A stretch of DNA of 64,000 nt. It comes from Raillietiella orientalis (Eukaryota). Made by a program: the position numbers and the translations under genes. Below, one piece after another: positions 1-12,267 of the stretch. Every line of letters begins with the position of its first letter. The first letter of the stretch is position 1. The stretch spans positions 1,302,001 to 1,366,000 of the forward strand of contig JAYWIR010000021.1 in NCBI GenBank assembly GCA_036172245.1, given 5' to 3'. The notes beneath the pieces are model-generated. The model saw only the letters and a program-made list of their open reading frames with translations. It did no database searches and was not told the DNA's origin.

Positions 1-3000
1 AGGCCAAGGACCCGAATCGTCTCCTGACTAACAATGGGCTATTACATGAAAATAGGGAGTGCAGACTCACCGCAAACCTGGTGACTGCTCTGTTTTCAGA
101 ATATTTAGCAAAATATCCAGAAATGTAGGATATCGGAAGTAAGGATGCATGACACAACCAGTACTCTCAATAAGTTGCCCAAGTGTCCACAGGGCTACTT
201 CACGCTTAGCTGAGGAGCTAGGATCTTGCAGGAGGTCCAGAAGCAAGGGCAGAAGCTCCTCCATCCAAGGATTCATTCTGTTACCACATACTTGAGCCTG
301 CTCTCCAATGGCAGTCAATATATTGATGAGAAATCCTAAATGTTGGACAGGCTCACGAAGCTTCGGAACCAACGTATGCATGATGGAATTGAGGTATGGG
401 CCAATCAGAGTGGGGGAACTAGCTGTAAGACGTCCGAGCAAGCGAGCTGCTTGCTCTTTGTTGCGTGTTATTCCACTGTGCTCGATCTCGATGAGTAACT
501 AGCAAGAAGCATTTTTCTTAAACTTCTCATTTTTACTGTATCAGACCTGCAATAAGTGTTTGCGAAGGAAGGGAAGCACATATCCTGGATTCCGGACACT
601 CAACCTTCCAATCAAACATAATGCCAGTTCGCGAATTTCGAAAATCTCATCATTTACGACAGTGAAGAGAGCATTCAGGCTTTCTGGCTGGGCAAGATGA
701 TCATCAAAAACAGGATCCAAAGAAGCCAACACAAAATAACGAACTTCAGAATCTATTAGGAACAGAAAAGTAAACATTACAGAGAAAAAAAGACATCTTC
801 CAGTGCAGACCTAAATCAGTAATACTGACGGCTAATAACTTCTCTAATACATGATGAACAGTCTGCATGACTGTAGGACTGTAACTCTTCTTTCCAATGG
901 ATAAATTGATTAAAGAAACAGACATCAAGTGACAGCACGTACGCACAGCTTCTATGCGTACAGCTTTGTACTCACTGCAAAGAAAATGGTCTGCACAATG
1001 CCGCACAAATGGCATCAACGAGTGACCTAAAACGCCTTTAATATTCAGCACTTATTAACTTGTTTACCTCGAAAATCGAACATGCTCATAGTACGGAGGG
1101 CTAATGCAACAACTGCTGCATCAGGTAACTCTGAGCCAGATGCAACAGAAAAGTTATGACTCTTTTCTTGCCATGATAGACTTGATGGTGGGACTTTTAA
1201 AATGCCGGAAAGCATTTTGTACAAGCCATCTACGATATCCTTCTCCAAGCCACTAATCTTGACACACACATCATATGAAATTAATAAGAACATAATGCAG
1301 TACTTTAGTCAGTCCTTTCAGTGCAGCAGCTAAAGAAGCACTTAGATCAGCATTCATCATGGGTTCCAGAAGATCGCGAATGTCATTTATAATATCCTGC
1401 TGTAATGCTTGAGCAAGAAGGTTAATGCACACAAACACAGCTGGTTCTGTAGTCTGAGCACGCCTTTTAGATGTATCCTTTATTGATGATACAAGCCTTT
1501 TGCACATCTATCTTTGGAATTATGAAATACCTTGAGTGGCAAGTTGGACTTAATGGCATCCAAAATAAGTGAATAATGTTCAATGATATCTCTGCCTACC
1601 CCAGCAGATACCAACCCCAAGGCAACAAAAGTGGCATTTCTGTCTTTTTCACGGCGAAGATTTCCCAACAAATACATAACGGTTGTAGCAAGAAATCTAC
1701 AGAAATCACTGCTTATGAATTATCAAAATGAATTAACTAACTTATCCACAAACAGCTGCTTATTTAGTGCTGCTAATCTGGGTAGGATCACAAGCAGTAC
1801 TTGATGGATTATTCCATGACGATTACTTCGATGATTTAAAACCTGAAAGATAATAGTTGTCATCACTTCTGGTTATCTTTCTACCTTTGTGCAAATTTCG
1901 TTATAATGGTCGAGCATCAACTTCCTGCACTGCTGACTCTCATGAAGTGGAAGGTTGGTAGGTTCGAATAAAGTGAGGGTACTAGGAAAGAATGGGATTT
2001 TTTGACGCAAACTTGAACCCAAGAACCGTAATCGCCCTGAAAGGAAATTCTATAAAACAAAAAAAAAACCTTCTTAACTCTAGAATTTTGCATCCTGCCT
2101 TTTTAGGGTGCTCCTTTGTAAATTCATTGGAGCAGGAAGACTGAACTTCTTGACGTAGCATCTCATGTTCCATATCACTGATTCTCAACAATTCATTCAG
2201 CATAAACAGAGAGCCATGGATTCGAACTAAAGCCAGATCTCTCACTGAACCACGCTCTTTCATTGTGACTTCCTCTAATCCATGCATAGATTCTGTATAG
2301 CAACGGTTGTACCTTCAGAAAAGATAAAGCATGCCCCATTAGCCACCACTTCAATCATCACTATCATCAGAAACACAGGAAAAAAATGGCATTACTGTTT
2401 ACTAGTCTGCTTTTGTTCAATTTTATTCCGAACATTTTAAAACAAAACAAATACATAAAACTCAAGCTTTCTATGACAGGAAAATCGGACTGCAGACAAT
2501 CAACAATATGAATATTTCCAACAATACTAAAAAGGTATCAATGAGAGCCAATGAAACTTTATTCCTGTTAATGAATGCAAGGATACAACTTTAAAAACAC
2601 TAAAACTGTGTCGGATTTTTTTTAAACTCGGGGATCGCAGCCATATATTTGAAAACATAACGTTGAAACAAATGTTGATTTGAAAGCTATATATCAATAT
2701 GTGAGCGCACTTGAACATATGCCCACATGATAATGACAAACAATGAAAATTCTTTATCACAGCAGAACAAGAGCACTAGATTTTTGTTTCAGAGGGCTGC
2801 TCATGTTAAAATTAAGAAAATAGCAGGAGTGGCAAACAAGGTGGTGTTTCATTTCATATGAGAAGCTTCTTCATTTAAAACAGTTTCCATATACAGGCTA
2901 TCCCCCAAAATAAACATTGCTTATTACAATCTTTTTTAAGTAAGGTAAAATGGGTCAGAGGCAAACTATTTTCTGCCCTATAATCTCCAACAACAAATTT

Positions 3001-6000
3001 ATCAGAATTTCATTGGTTTTTCAGTTAAAAGCTGGCAAAAATAAATAAATACTTCTCAAGATAAGGTTCAGAGCATACTGTTTCTCAGGTGGATTAAGTC
3101 TGTATAATATGGGTCACAATAGTTGTGGAATGCACACTCTTATCAAAGCTACAAATCTCGATACAAAATATTTTCTCTTTAACTGAATATGGTGACATCA
3201 AAGCTGAATATGGTAACATCACATCTGGAAAATCGTTTCCAACTTTCTCACACTTATTTTCATACTATGGGCACAAAATTTAGTTGTGCGATCACCTAAG
3301 CTTTTTGCATTACGATAGCAGTATTAAAATTATGAGTGACATGTCAAATTCTGCTTGTTTTCAGTCAATACAACTTTTCTTCTTGTTTTCAAGGTGCTAA
3401 TGATTTGGGGTTCTCATTTCTGAATTCTTCCATCACATGTTTTCCTAACAACCTTTTATCTGATTTTAAGTCTGCTACATTGATTTGAATTAAATTTCGT
3501 CAAGATTCAAAAATTTCATTTTTCTTTGATTAACTTTCAAATTTTTCCTATCTAACATTTCTGGCATCATCATTTGAGTCCTTTTCCTAACTATAGTTTG
3601 CAAAGACAAACTTTCAACTGACAAAAGCAAAACAAGATTGGATGACCACATAAACTAACGTGTTGGAAAACAATGGCAATTCAGAGAAACACATTAATGA
3701 TAATAATGGAACTCACCAAACAGAATTCTGAGTTTCTTTAGCTTCTCGTTGAGATGTAATAGTCAGAATAACTCTTAGAGATGCAGAAGCTCTTTCTCTA
3801 ATGACAATTTTTGGATCCTGAAATGCTGCAAATATGCAGTCAAAAAACTGACCAATGTGTTCATAGAACAAAGTGGGCATGCAACTGGCTAGCTCTCGTA
3901 ACACCAGCACCTAAATGGTTAAAATCAATCAATACCCCTTGAAAACTGGTTATAAAAAAATAAAATAATCGGTAGTCATATTCAAATGAATATCTGTCTG
4001 CTGTTTTTGCAGAGCTGCAACTCTTGAAGACAATCAACAATCTGACTTGAGATTGCTTACATCAAAACATGAGAATATGAGAAGACATGAAAGCAAAGTT
4101 AGTTCAAACTGCTAACCCTACGCTCCCAGACTTCTCTTCCTTATCTATAATATAATATGCTTACAGTTACCAATGTTTGCCATGATGCAAGAACCACCAC
4201 TATCCCAAAGATAGCTTCTCATTTTATTACTTTGAACTTTGCATTAATCTGATATGTTTATGCATCCCCACAGGGAATCATTGACTTTAGTTTTACTGGC
4301 AAAACATTTTGCAGGGTTCAGCTATTAAAACTTATTAAAAACATGAAAGATAGTTATAAAAAAAAAAAAAAAAAAACCTGAGAACACAAATAATCAGAAT
4401 ATGTTAGAAAATAAACAAAGCATGAAAGAGAGTGCAGTTCCAGTTGACAATTTAGAGAACACACTTCCCACAGATGCATCCAAAAAAATTTATCTACAGA
4501 AAAAAAACAACTCTAGATATCTAGAACTGATACCAGTCTTGATTTTGAATTAGTGTCACATTCAAATAAATCTTTACTCTAATCAACCATTAAAGTCTCC
4601 ATATTTTTCGGATGAAAACGATAATTATTAATTATTAATGATAATTATTAATTTCCATCAATAACATAACCCAATGGAACTACTGATAGACAGGGTATCA
4701 TACTTTGAACCCCATAAAAAAGATCAACACTGCAAAGTAAGTTTTAGAAAATTTCTGTTCAGGAAGAAGAGGGGAAAAAAACACACAAAAATAGATTAAC
4801 CATTGCAATGAATTTAGAAACATCAAAATCATGATGAACAGCACTTACAGATGACAGGAGACTATGGATTAAAATACTGATGATGGCAATGATATTAGAC
4901 CATGAAAATGAAAATTTGGTTTCAAAATTACTTGTCACTGAAAACTCCTAAACATGTTTCCTACCATCACTACAAACTGCTACAACAAAAACTTAAAAGT
5001 AGCAATGTTCAAATGACCAAACACAGACTAGAACAGAGGGGATGAACATCTTCAATTAAGGGATTAGCACTGCTTTTTAGGAAATACACACACTTTTCGA
5101 CAACATTAATACATGAATATAAACATTCCTAACCTAAAAGTCACCTGAAAAACAAGAGAGAGAGAAAAAAAGAATGAGATCGTAAGATAATTGGTTAAAA
5201 GAAATGGATAGCAGCGAATTTCATCTAGGCTTTACTGTGTTCTGATTACTGATTTATTGTGCTCATGAAAATTAATAAACTAAATAATAAATGGAAAAAA
5301 ATGGTATTTGTTTTTTTACTGTTGTAAATCACAGCAGGAATGTCTATTCCTCACATGCACATTTAAAAAGTTATTTAAAATTTTACATTTCAAATGCAAT
5401 GGCTTGCAATTATCTTAATAATACAATCAACCAAGTCTGACAGTCAGAAACCTGTTGGAAAGAATGAAAGAAAATCACTGATCAGGAAAAACTAGTCTGC
5501 ATGCAAAGCAACTCTTAATATGTGGCACAGCTAGATTAGCTGATTGGATTAATGTAATCAGATCTACATGGCTACTAAAAGAATTTTACTAAAACAAGGT
5601 GCTTAAGTTCCTCCTAAATGTGTTATAAAGCACAGAAAATTATGCTTTAAAGAAATTTTCAGGTTCCACTAAGGAGACACAAAATGTCATGTAATACATC
5701 ATGTAATGAATAATGGTTATCAAGAGATGTGTTAGTTTCATGACATGAATGCAATCTACAAAGGTGAACAAATAAATCCCAGACATGAAACGAAAATATT
5801 CAAAAATCACTTTTCCTATTCACAGAAAGATTACACTTTAGAAGTTATGCATAAATGTGGAAAACACTTACTGCTGATAATCTACTGCTCTCATTTCTCT
5901 CTCCACTGAGCCACTCAAAAGCTCTCTTCACTTCGAATTCAACATACTCTCTTCTGTACGTGCCACTCACTAGAGCAAGTTGCCCTATAGCTTTAGCAGC

Positions 6001-6468
6001 CAATTCCACCACTCCAGTGTCACCATGAGGGAGAACATTTCGTAGATAATTAGCTAATCGACTTAACTTGGTTTTGGAGCTCCTGATATCTGCACTGATG
6101 AGGCTTACTTATACACACAAAAAAAAATCAGATTCTTACTTTCACCATCACAATATAAACAAACAATAGAAATCACTAATCTCTTACCAATTGCCAAAAG
6201 TCCACCTCTTTTATCATTTGAATCTGTACTGGATAACAATTCCAAAATATGGTTACTGAGCTCATCTGTGAATTTGGTAATATCTTCTGGAGAAACATCC
6301 TTAAGTTCAGTTGCAGCCTGTTGTAAACATATAGATCCATTCTTTCATGACCATGCAATTACTCACATAAATGCACAAATCTTTTGCAGCTTTAATCTTT
6401 GTCTCTTCATTTCTGGAACGAAGTCCATTCATATACTGCTGCACTGTAGGAAATGAGCAAGTCAGCAT
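1..6468 (-). CDS. mTOR: Serine/threonine-protein kinase TOR (mTOR), N-terminal HEAT-repeat region; 3' part runs off the left edge
   Basis: Phase-consistent exons: 6367-6468, 6188-6317, 5872-6107, 3717-3910, 2099-2312, 1885-2049, 1742-1842, 1531-1696, 1304-1477, 1068-1257, 811-1026, 547-752, 71-498, 1-27 (~849 codons). Translation is colinear with mTOR N-terminal motifs: QQYMNGLRSRNEE, KRGGLLAI, RLANYLRN, EYVEFEVKRAFEWL, AVLVLRELA, RIHGSLFMLNELLRIS, GHSLMPFVRHCADHFL, HLAQPESL, KREVALWTLGQL, ETIRVLGL. Exact start codon uncertain (see findings). Confidence 0.96.
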
Positions 6469-9400
6469 ATTGCCCCATTTTTTATAGATAAATAGTTCCT
6501 TCTCATATTCTCGAAAAATTTCATGAGATTAACAGCAATACCAACAAGACTCGATGGGCATTCAGAAAACTGCACCACAACGTTCAATTAAATACCTAAA
6601 TGGTGAATATTATTTTTAAAAAAAATTAATTCTGAAAACTGTTTGCCACATCACAGATGTTTTTTAATAGATGGAAAATCATGTTACAAACTCTTGAAGC
6701 TGTAATTTTCATAAACATATGTGCAATTGCTCAATACCTCATGAGCCTCCAACAACACTGACTTCATGGAAATTAACTGAGGTTAAACTTAAATGTACTT
6801 AGTTGTCTAAGGAATCTATGGGAATTGGTATGCCGTAGCATAAAAATACATAGGAAATAATGAAACATCAATTTTAGTGATCCCATTACAATCTTTCTCA
6901 GATAAGAAATAAAGACCATTTCTTTAGCTACTTTTGTAACTTTTCAGCCTCCAGCAATGAAGTCAAATCAAAACAAGCACTTCAAGAATCCTTTAAAATG
7001 TTTCGAGACAAAAAACGTGGATCATCCGCAAGTATTAGGAAATACCATTAATCTATTTGGAAAAAAAAAAAAAAAAAATGGAAGCTGATAAACGTATAAA
7101 AACAATTGTGATAATTTGCTCATTCCGTTTTTCCCGTCTGGCATCATGAAACACTCCTATACACGAAACTTATAGCACATGATCGAATCTATGTTATGCT
7201 CATAGCCTGTTTAGGAAAACCATGGGTAGAAGATACACAACACACACATTTTACTTCCCATTCGTGTGTCACGTGTTGTTTCAAAGGTCTGATAGACGAG
7301 AATAACTGCTTGCGTCTAACCCATCGAGTACCATTGTGCTGCTCTATTTAAATATGCCAACACTTTCGTCTTTATTGGCGCCGCAAACAAACAAAAAAAG
7401 GGGAAAACGAAAAACTGCCCGCTCATCCCTGCGACCTACGGAAAGTTGCCCTACGGAAGAGACGCTGGGTAGCATGGGGTGAAGACAAGATGGAAACTGG
7501 CGTGCTGGAAACGGCATCACGAAAGTCTACCATGTTTCCGTGCCCTCCTAAGCTTTCACCTACAAGTTTTTCTACACGGACGCCCCACTGCAACGTTCAG
7601 CAAGGTGCCAGCCGGCCCGAACCGCCTACGTGGAAGAAGGTGGGACGGGGGAGGTCAGACGGTACCTCGCTATCTGCAGGAAACCGCATGGATTATTGCA
7701 CAATCAAAATCACCGTTATCAAAGCAGGGCTGCCAAATACTCGACACCGAATTTTCATGCCCATGAACATGCTTCCGTGACGCTCCGACCCGCGGGATGC
7801 ACCGCACAGTTTCAAGGGAATGGAGCTGAAAAAGAGATGCTAGGAGATGTGGGGTTCTGACAGTGCCTTTGATTTCCATCTCCATCCTTCAGACGGAAAG
7901 GAAAGTACATAAATTACTCAGCGAAGAGTTGAGGCAAAATATTTTGCAACGGAGTAAAGGTAGAATTTAACGTCGGCGATCATAGAAAGTCCTCCATACT
8001 ATACCTGTTATGCATGTTGATTTTTTGAAGAGGAAAGAATTTGGATCAGCAGGGAATTTTAAATAGCATATCCACAGACACAACCCGCACACTGGTAACA
8101 TCATTTTTTCTGGATGAAATGTGACTTTAACACTTGATGTCTCTAACCTGCCACAAGAAGTAGCAAGCTCCGAAATGACTTGTTGTTATGCTATGGAGAA
8201 TGCAAATCCTTTTAGAAAGCTTCAAGCTCTGTTTGGCTGAACGTAACCCTTTTCTCTTTTAGCGGGATAAGGTGAGAGTACTTCCAATGAGACAGTCATT
8301 AGCAAGTCTTTTATCACTTCAAACTACCAAAAGTAGAGTTCTTGACGATACAGCTTCACTCATTAGGATCAGTGTCCATGTTGTTTCCTCAGTGGATAGC
8401 ATTTCGTTTTCAACAGCGCCTCCTGAAAAAAAGACAATTCCTTTAAGGTAATAAGAAATAGTCGGAGCATGGATTCCTGTTCCACTCAAAATCTAGCAAA
8501 CGAGTAAACTGAAAAACAGGCATGTGAATTTCAAGGATTTCTTTTTTTTTTTCAGGTTACTTCCTGAACAGAAAACAATTTTGGAATAAGTCTGCGCCTC
8601 AACAACATGCACTCCTCTGATTGCTCAGGCTGCTAGCAGTGGGAGGAGAAAATAAGATAAAATAGCTGTTAAAATACTAAGATTGCTATTGGAAAGCAAA
8701 GAAAAAGATGTTGCCTCGAGTTAGCCAACAGATGAAATTTTAGCGCGATAATGCTGAAAACGACAAAAAAAATGCTGAATAAGACTGAAGATATTTTTCA
8801 AAGCTAAAACAATGTGTGCTTTTTTTTTGAGAAAAAAAAAAATTCAAACCGCTCTGGAGAGACCGCTCGTAAATCTAATTACGTTTGCATTTGCCCGCTA
8901 ACAGAGATATTTCCGAAGTACCTTGGGTCATCGATTTGTACCTTTCAGTATATCAGTCCTTGCTCAGATGAAAACAGCTATCCTTTCAATGATTGCCGTT
9001 TTCTTGGAAAAAGCTTTTATCTGGAAGATCAAAGTGAAAAGTAATCTGCATGCTCCCCTATCCCTCATTCAATGACTAACATGCCTATAACCTCTGTGTG
9101 TATTCGAAAGGAGTTCAACAGCCAATATTCTCTTTTGTTCGATCTATGTTTCGTCCAGAGACAGAGTTCAAATCTCAATTTGTGGAATGGAGATCCGCTC
9201 GTCGCTATCCCACTCTAAAATTCTCTCTGGAGCAGTTGACCTGATAACCTCAACTCCGGGAGACGAAAGATGAACTACTGAATTTTGTCCTACGACTGTC
9301 TCTACCGTTCCGGGCCAGGCGAACACGCTTCTCCGGGGACCAGTTTCCTCAGTGCCGAGCCACGAGAGGTCATTCGAGCATCGTTTCCGTGTTGCGGAGC

Positions 9401-12040
9401 CGCGCCAGTCAGTGTCCTTGCGAATCTTGAAGGCACGAGGAGCGCGCAAATCATCTGATCTGCGGCACCATCCGTTTGCTTTTCCGTTTCCCTGAGCTGC
9501 GATGCCAGTCGGTTAAGCAGCAGCATTTTTCCTACCTCGTTGAGCAGTGCCTCGTCGAGCAGCCTTTTTCTTAGCTCGCCTCTCGAAAACTCTGCTTCGG
9601 TTCGAGACCCTTCTCGGTCAGCAGCATTCATGGTGCTGTTGATACACCAGAAATGCCAGAGTGCGGAAATCAGGCGGCTGCGAGCCCGAGGGGGACCGCT
9701 TCCCGGAGAAAGGATTTCGAATTTGCGCCAGCAACGTGCGTCACTGCGTCCCGCACCAGCTGCAGAGCGCTCTCCGTTCGCCGAACGCTCTTCGTGCCTC
9801 CAGATTCGGTTTCGACTGCGAGCTCTGGGATTCCACCTGTCCTGGAACCGAACGTTTACGTCTTTAAGCAGCAGGTGGAGGTTTTCCGTATTCCGCAAGG
9901 CGGAATGCTGAGTTGGTGTTTGGCAGGAATCTACGGGACGCACTCAGGGACGCCCTGCAGCGATACCAGTCTGGTGAATGATTGGCGATCCCTCGTGGAC
10001 CAAAAAAGAGTATCGTCAGAGGGCATTGCATCCCCAGTTAAATCTCGGTCTACCACCGTTTTTTCTTCTGGAGGATTTAAGTGGTACGCTCAGGCAGAGT
10101 GAGAATCCCCAACGCAGTTCGGATAAACCTTGAAGAATATCCAGGAACCTTGAAGGCACTTGTGCATCCGCGAGCTACAACCCCAGAATGATGAAAGGGA
10201 TGTCAAACGACCAACAGGAATGGTAACTCACGAAAACCGGAAAGACGGGTGAGTCTCGAGAAATTCGAAAGGGACGAGACGAATCAAAATCATCTGATGA
10301 CATCTTTCGAATGTGGAATTTTTGCGGCCTTCTTGGGAGCCCATTCGAACCCGGAGGAAAGCTTCCAGAGCCCATTAATGCGCTTGGTCGTTCTTGCAGC
10401 TGCTGACTTCAAGGAAGAGGAGAATCATCCGGAAGACTTGCGAGGAATTTTTGGCCAGTGTTAACTTGGCTGTGGTTCTCAAAAAGTTCCGCAAGCTCTT
10501 GTGCCGGATACAAGAACATGCGTGCGACACGAACGCCCCGAAGCCACCAAAATCACATCAGCATCTAGATTTAGAAACGAAGAGAAAAAACAAAAAACAA
10601 AAGCAAGAGACGAAAAGCTGGGAAGCTTCTTTCAGCTCGCTGGAGGAATGGGAACTTCGACCTTGTCTTGAGGAGTGCAGGAAAACAATCGCGAGGGCGA
10701 TTTTACAGAGGCGGTCTCCACGTAGCACTTGCATCGGTTCCCAGCCTCAAGACGGTACGTTCGGAAAAAGTTTCCTGAAAGTGAAATGCACACTCCCGTG
10801 GACTCGAACATCCCTTGATCGATATTCGCGGTTCCCAAGGAGGAGCTACAGTAGCAACAAAACGAAATGCAACTTTATCTCGCGCACTTGTTCCATTCAA
10901 CGAGGCGAGCGACGGGGAACAAGCCAGATCGGTTTCTTCTCAGAGGATCGGTATATTGGGGGGAGGGGAGGGGGGGATTACGCCCGCACGGCAGTGCGAC
11001 GCCGAGGGCGCGCCTCTTGCCACGCCAGGGATTCGGATTTCTGGTCTCGAAAGGTCTCCGAGCGCCGCGGATGCTGCTCGAAGGAGAAACTAGGAAGACG
11101 GCGCAGGCCTCATCACTGTTTCCGAACAAAACAGGTTGGTGGTTCAGCTGCTGCACCGAGAGGTGGAGCAGTTTGCTGTATCCGAAACAAACGCGAAACG
11201 CACAGCGACGGCCCCGGCAGCGAACAGCAATCCGTGATTTTCGACGCTCGCAACCACGGGAAGAAAATTCACTTTTAAATGGAAATTGCGGACCTCGGGG
11301 GAAGAAAAGCGGAGGTCATCGCTAAAGTTTTGGAAGGAGCGCGTCGTTTCATCATCAGAGATCGGAGGGAGCCTACCGTGAAGGGTAAACTTTCCGGCCG
11401 CTTGCGCGGATCGTTCCCTACACGTGAAAACCATTGCGGTGCGAGAAGAGCGCCAAATTTCAGCGGTGACGGACGTTGCCGCGCTGTTCCCTGTCTTGCG
11501 GAGTCTGCGGGAAAGCAGCAGTATCGGAAGGGGGGAGGATGGAGGAGAGGAACCCTCACAGAAATCGCATTACTGCGGATGGTCAGCAGAACCGACGCGA
11601 GTGGCGCCGGACAAGCGTCGCGAGATTCCAAGACGGAGGGATACGTCAGCGTCGTTGGGTTCCAGGGAAACGGATCCGATCGCGGACGCGCTGAGGTCCT
11701 TGCCTCCGCACGTGGATACGGCCAAGAAGCAGCAGCCTCCTCCACCCTGTAACCGTCGCGCTACTCCGTGTGGGTCAGCGTTTTCGTGCTGCGACCGGCC
11801 GCACACGGTCTCTGCTCGCCGCTGGCGGGGACCCGAGCCACCTGAGCGAGCCTCCCGCAGTTCCTGCTGCTTGCTGGGACGCTGCTGCTTCCCGGAGAGG
11901 AAATTAGCAGCGGACTCGGCGAAATGCAGGGACTGCTTGCCGGGGAGTCAGAGATGCAACTCCCTCATTTCCCTTTCCTGACCCAGCTGCACTTGCCCGA
12001 GGCAACGCTGACGAAGCAGGCTCTTGTCCGAACCCCCGCT

Positions 12041-12267
12041 TCTATTTAACCCATCAACATCCGGCATTAATATCAATTTCACTCTAATAAAACAAGACAC
12101 ATATTACTAGTACTTCTAAAATATTCACTTAAATATTTTTTAGAATTTTTAAATATCACTATAAAATGAAATCTATCAATAATTTTATAACCAAACTCCA
12201 ACAAAATCCAAATAAACATCAACACCAACCAAAACTTCCAAACTAATAAACCATCCCTTACCCAATC
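12041..12267. other. AT-rich, G-depleted insert; candidate nuclear mitochondrial fragment (NUMT)
   Basis: Only 6 G in 227 nt on the + strand, with abrupt edges against GC-rich flanks. The minus strand is G+T-rich and reads as a hydrophobic peptide (WKFWLVLMFIWILL), as expected for animal mtDNA. Confidence 0.5.

Noticed and set aside
4831..4880. ATGATGA...CTGA box C/D snoRNA-like pair in an mTOR intron
   Set aside because: Antisense to the host gene, short, and no guide target identified.
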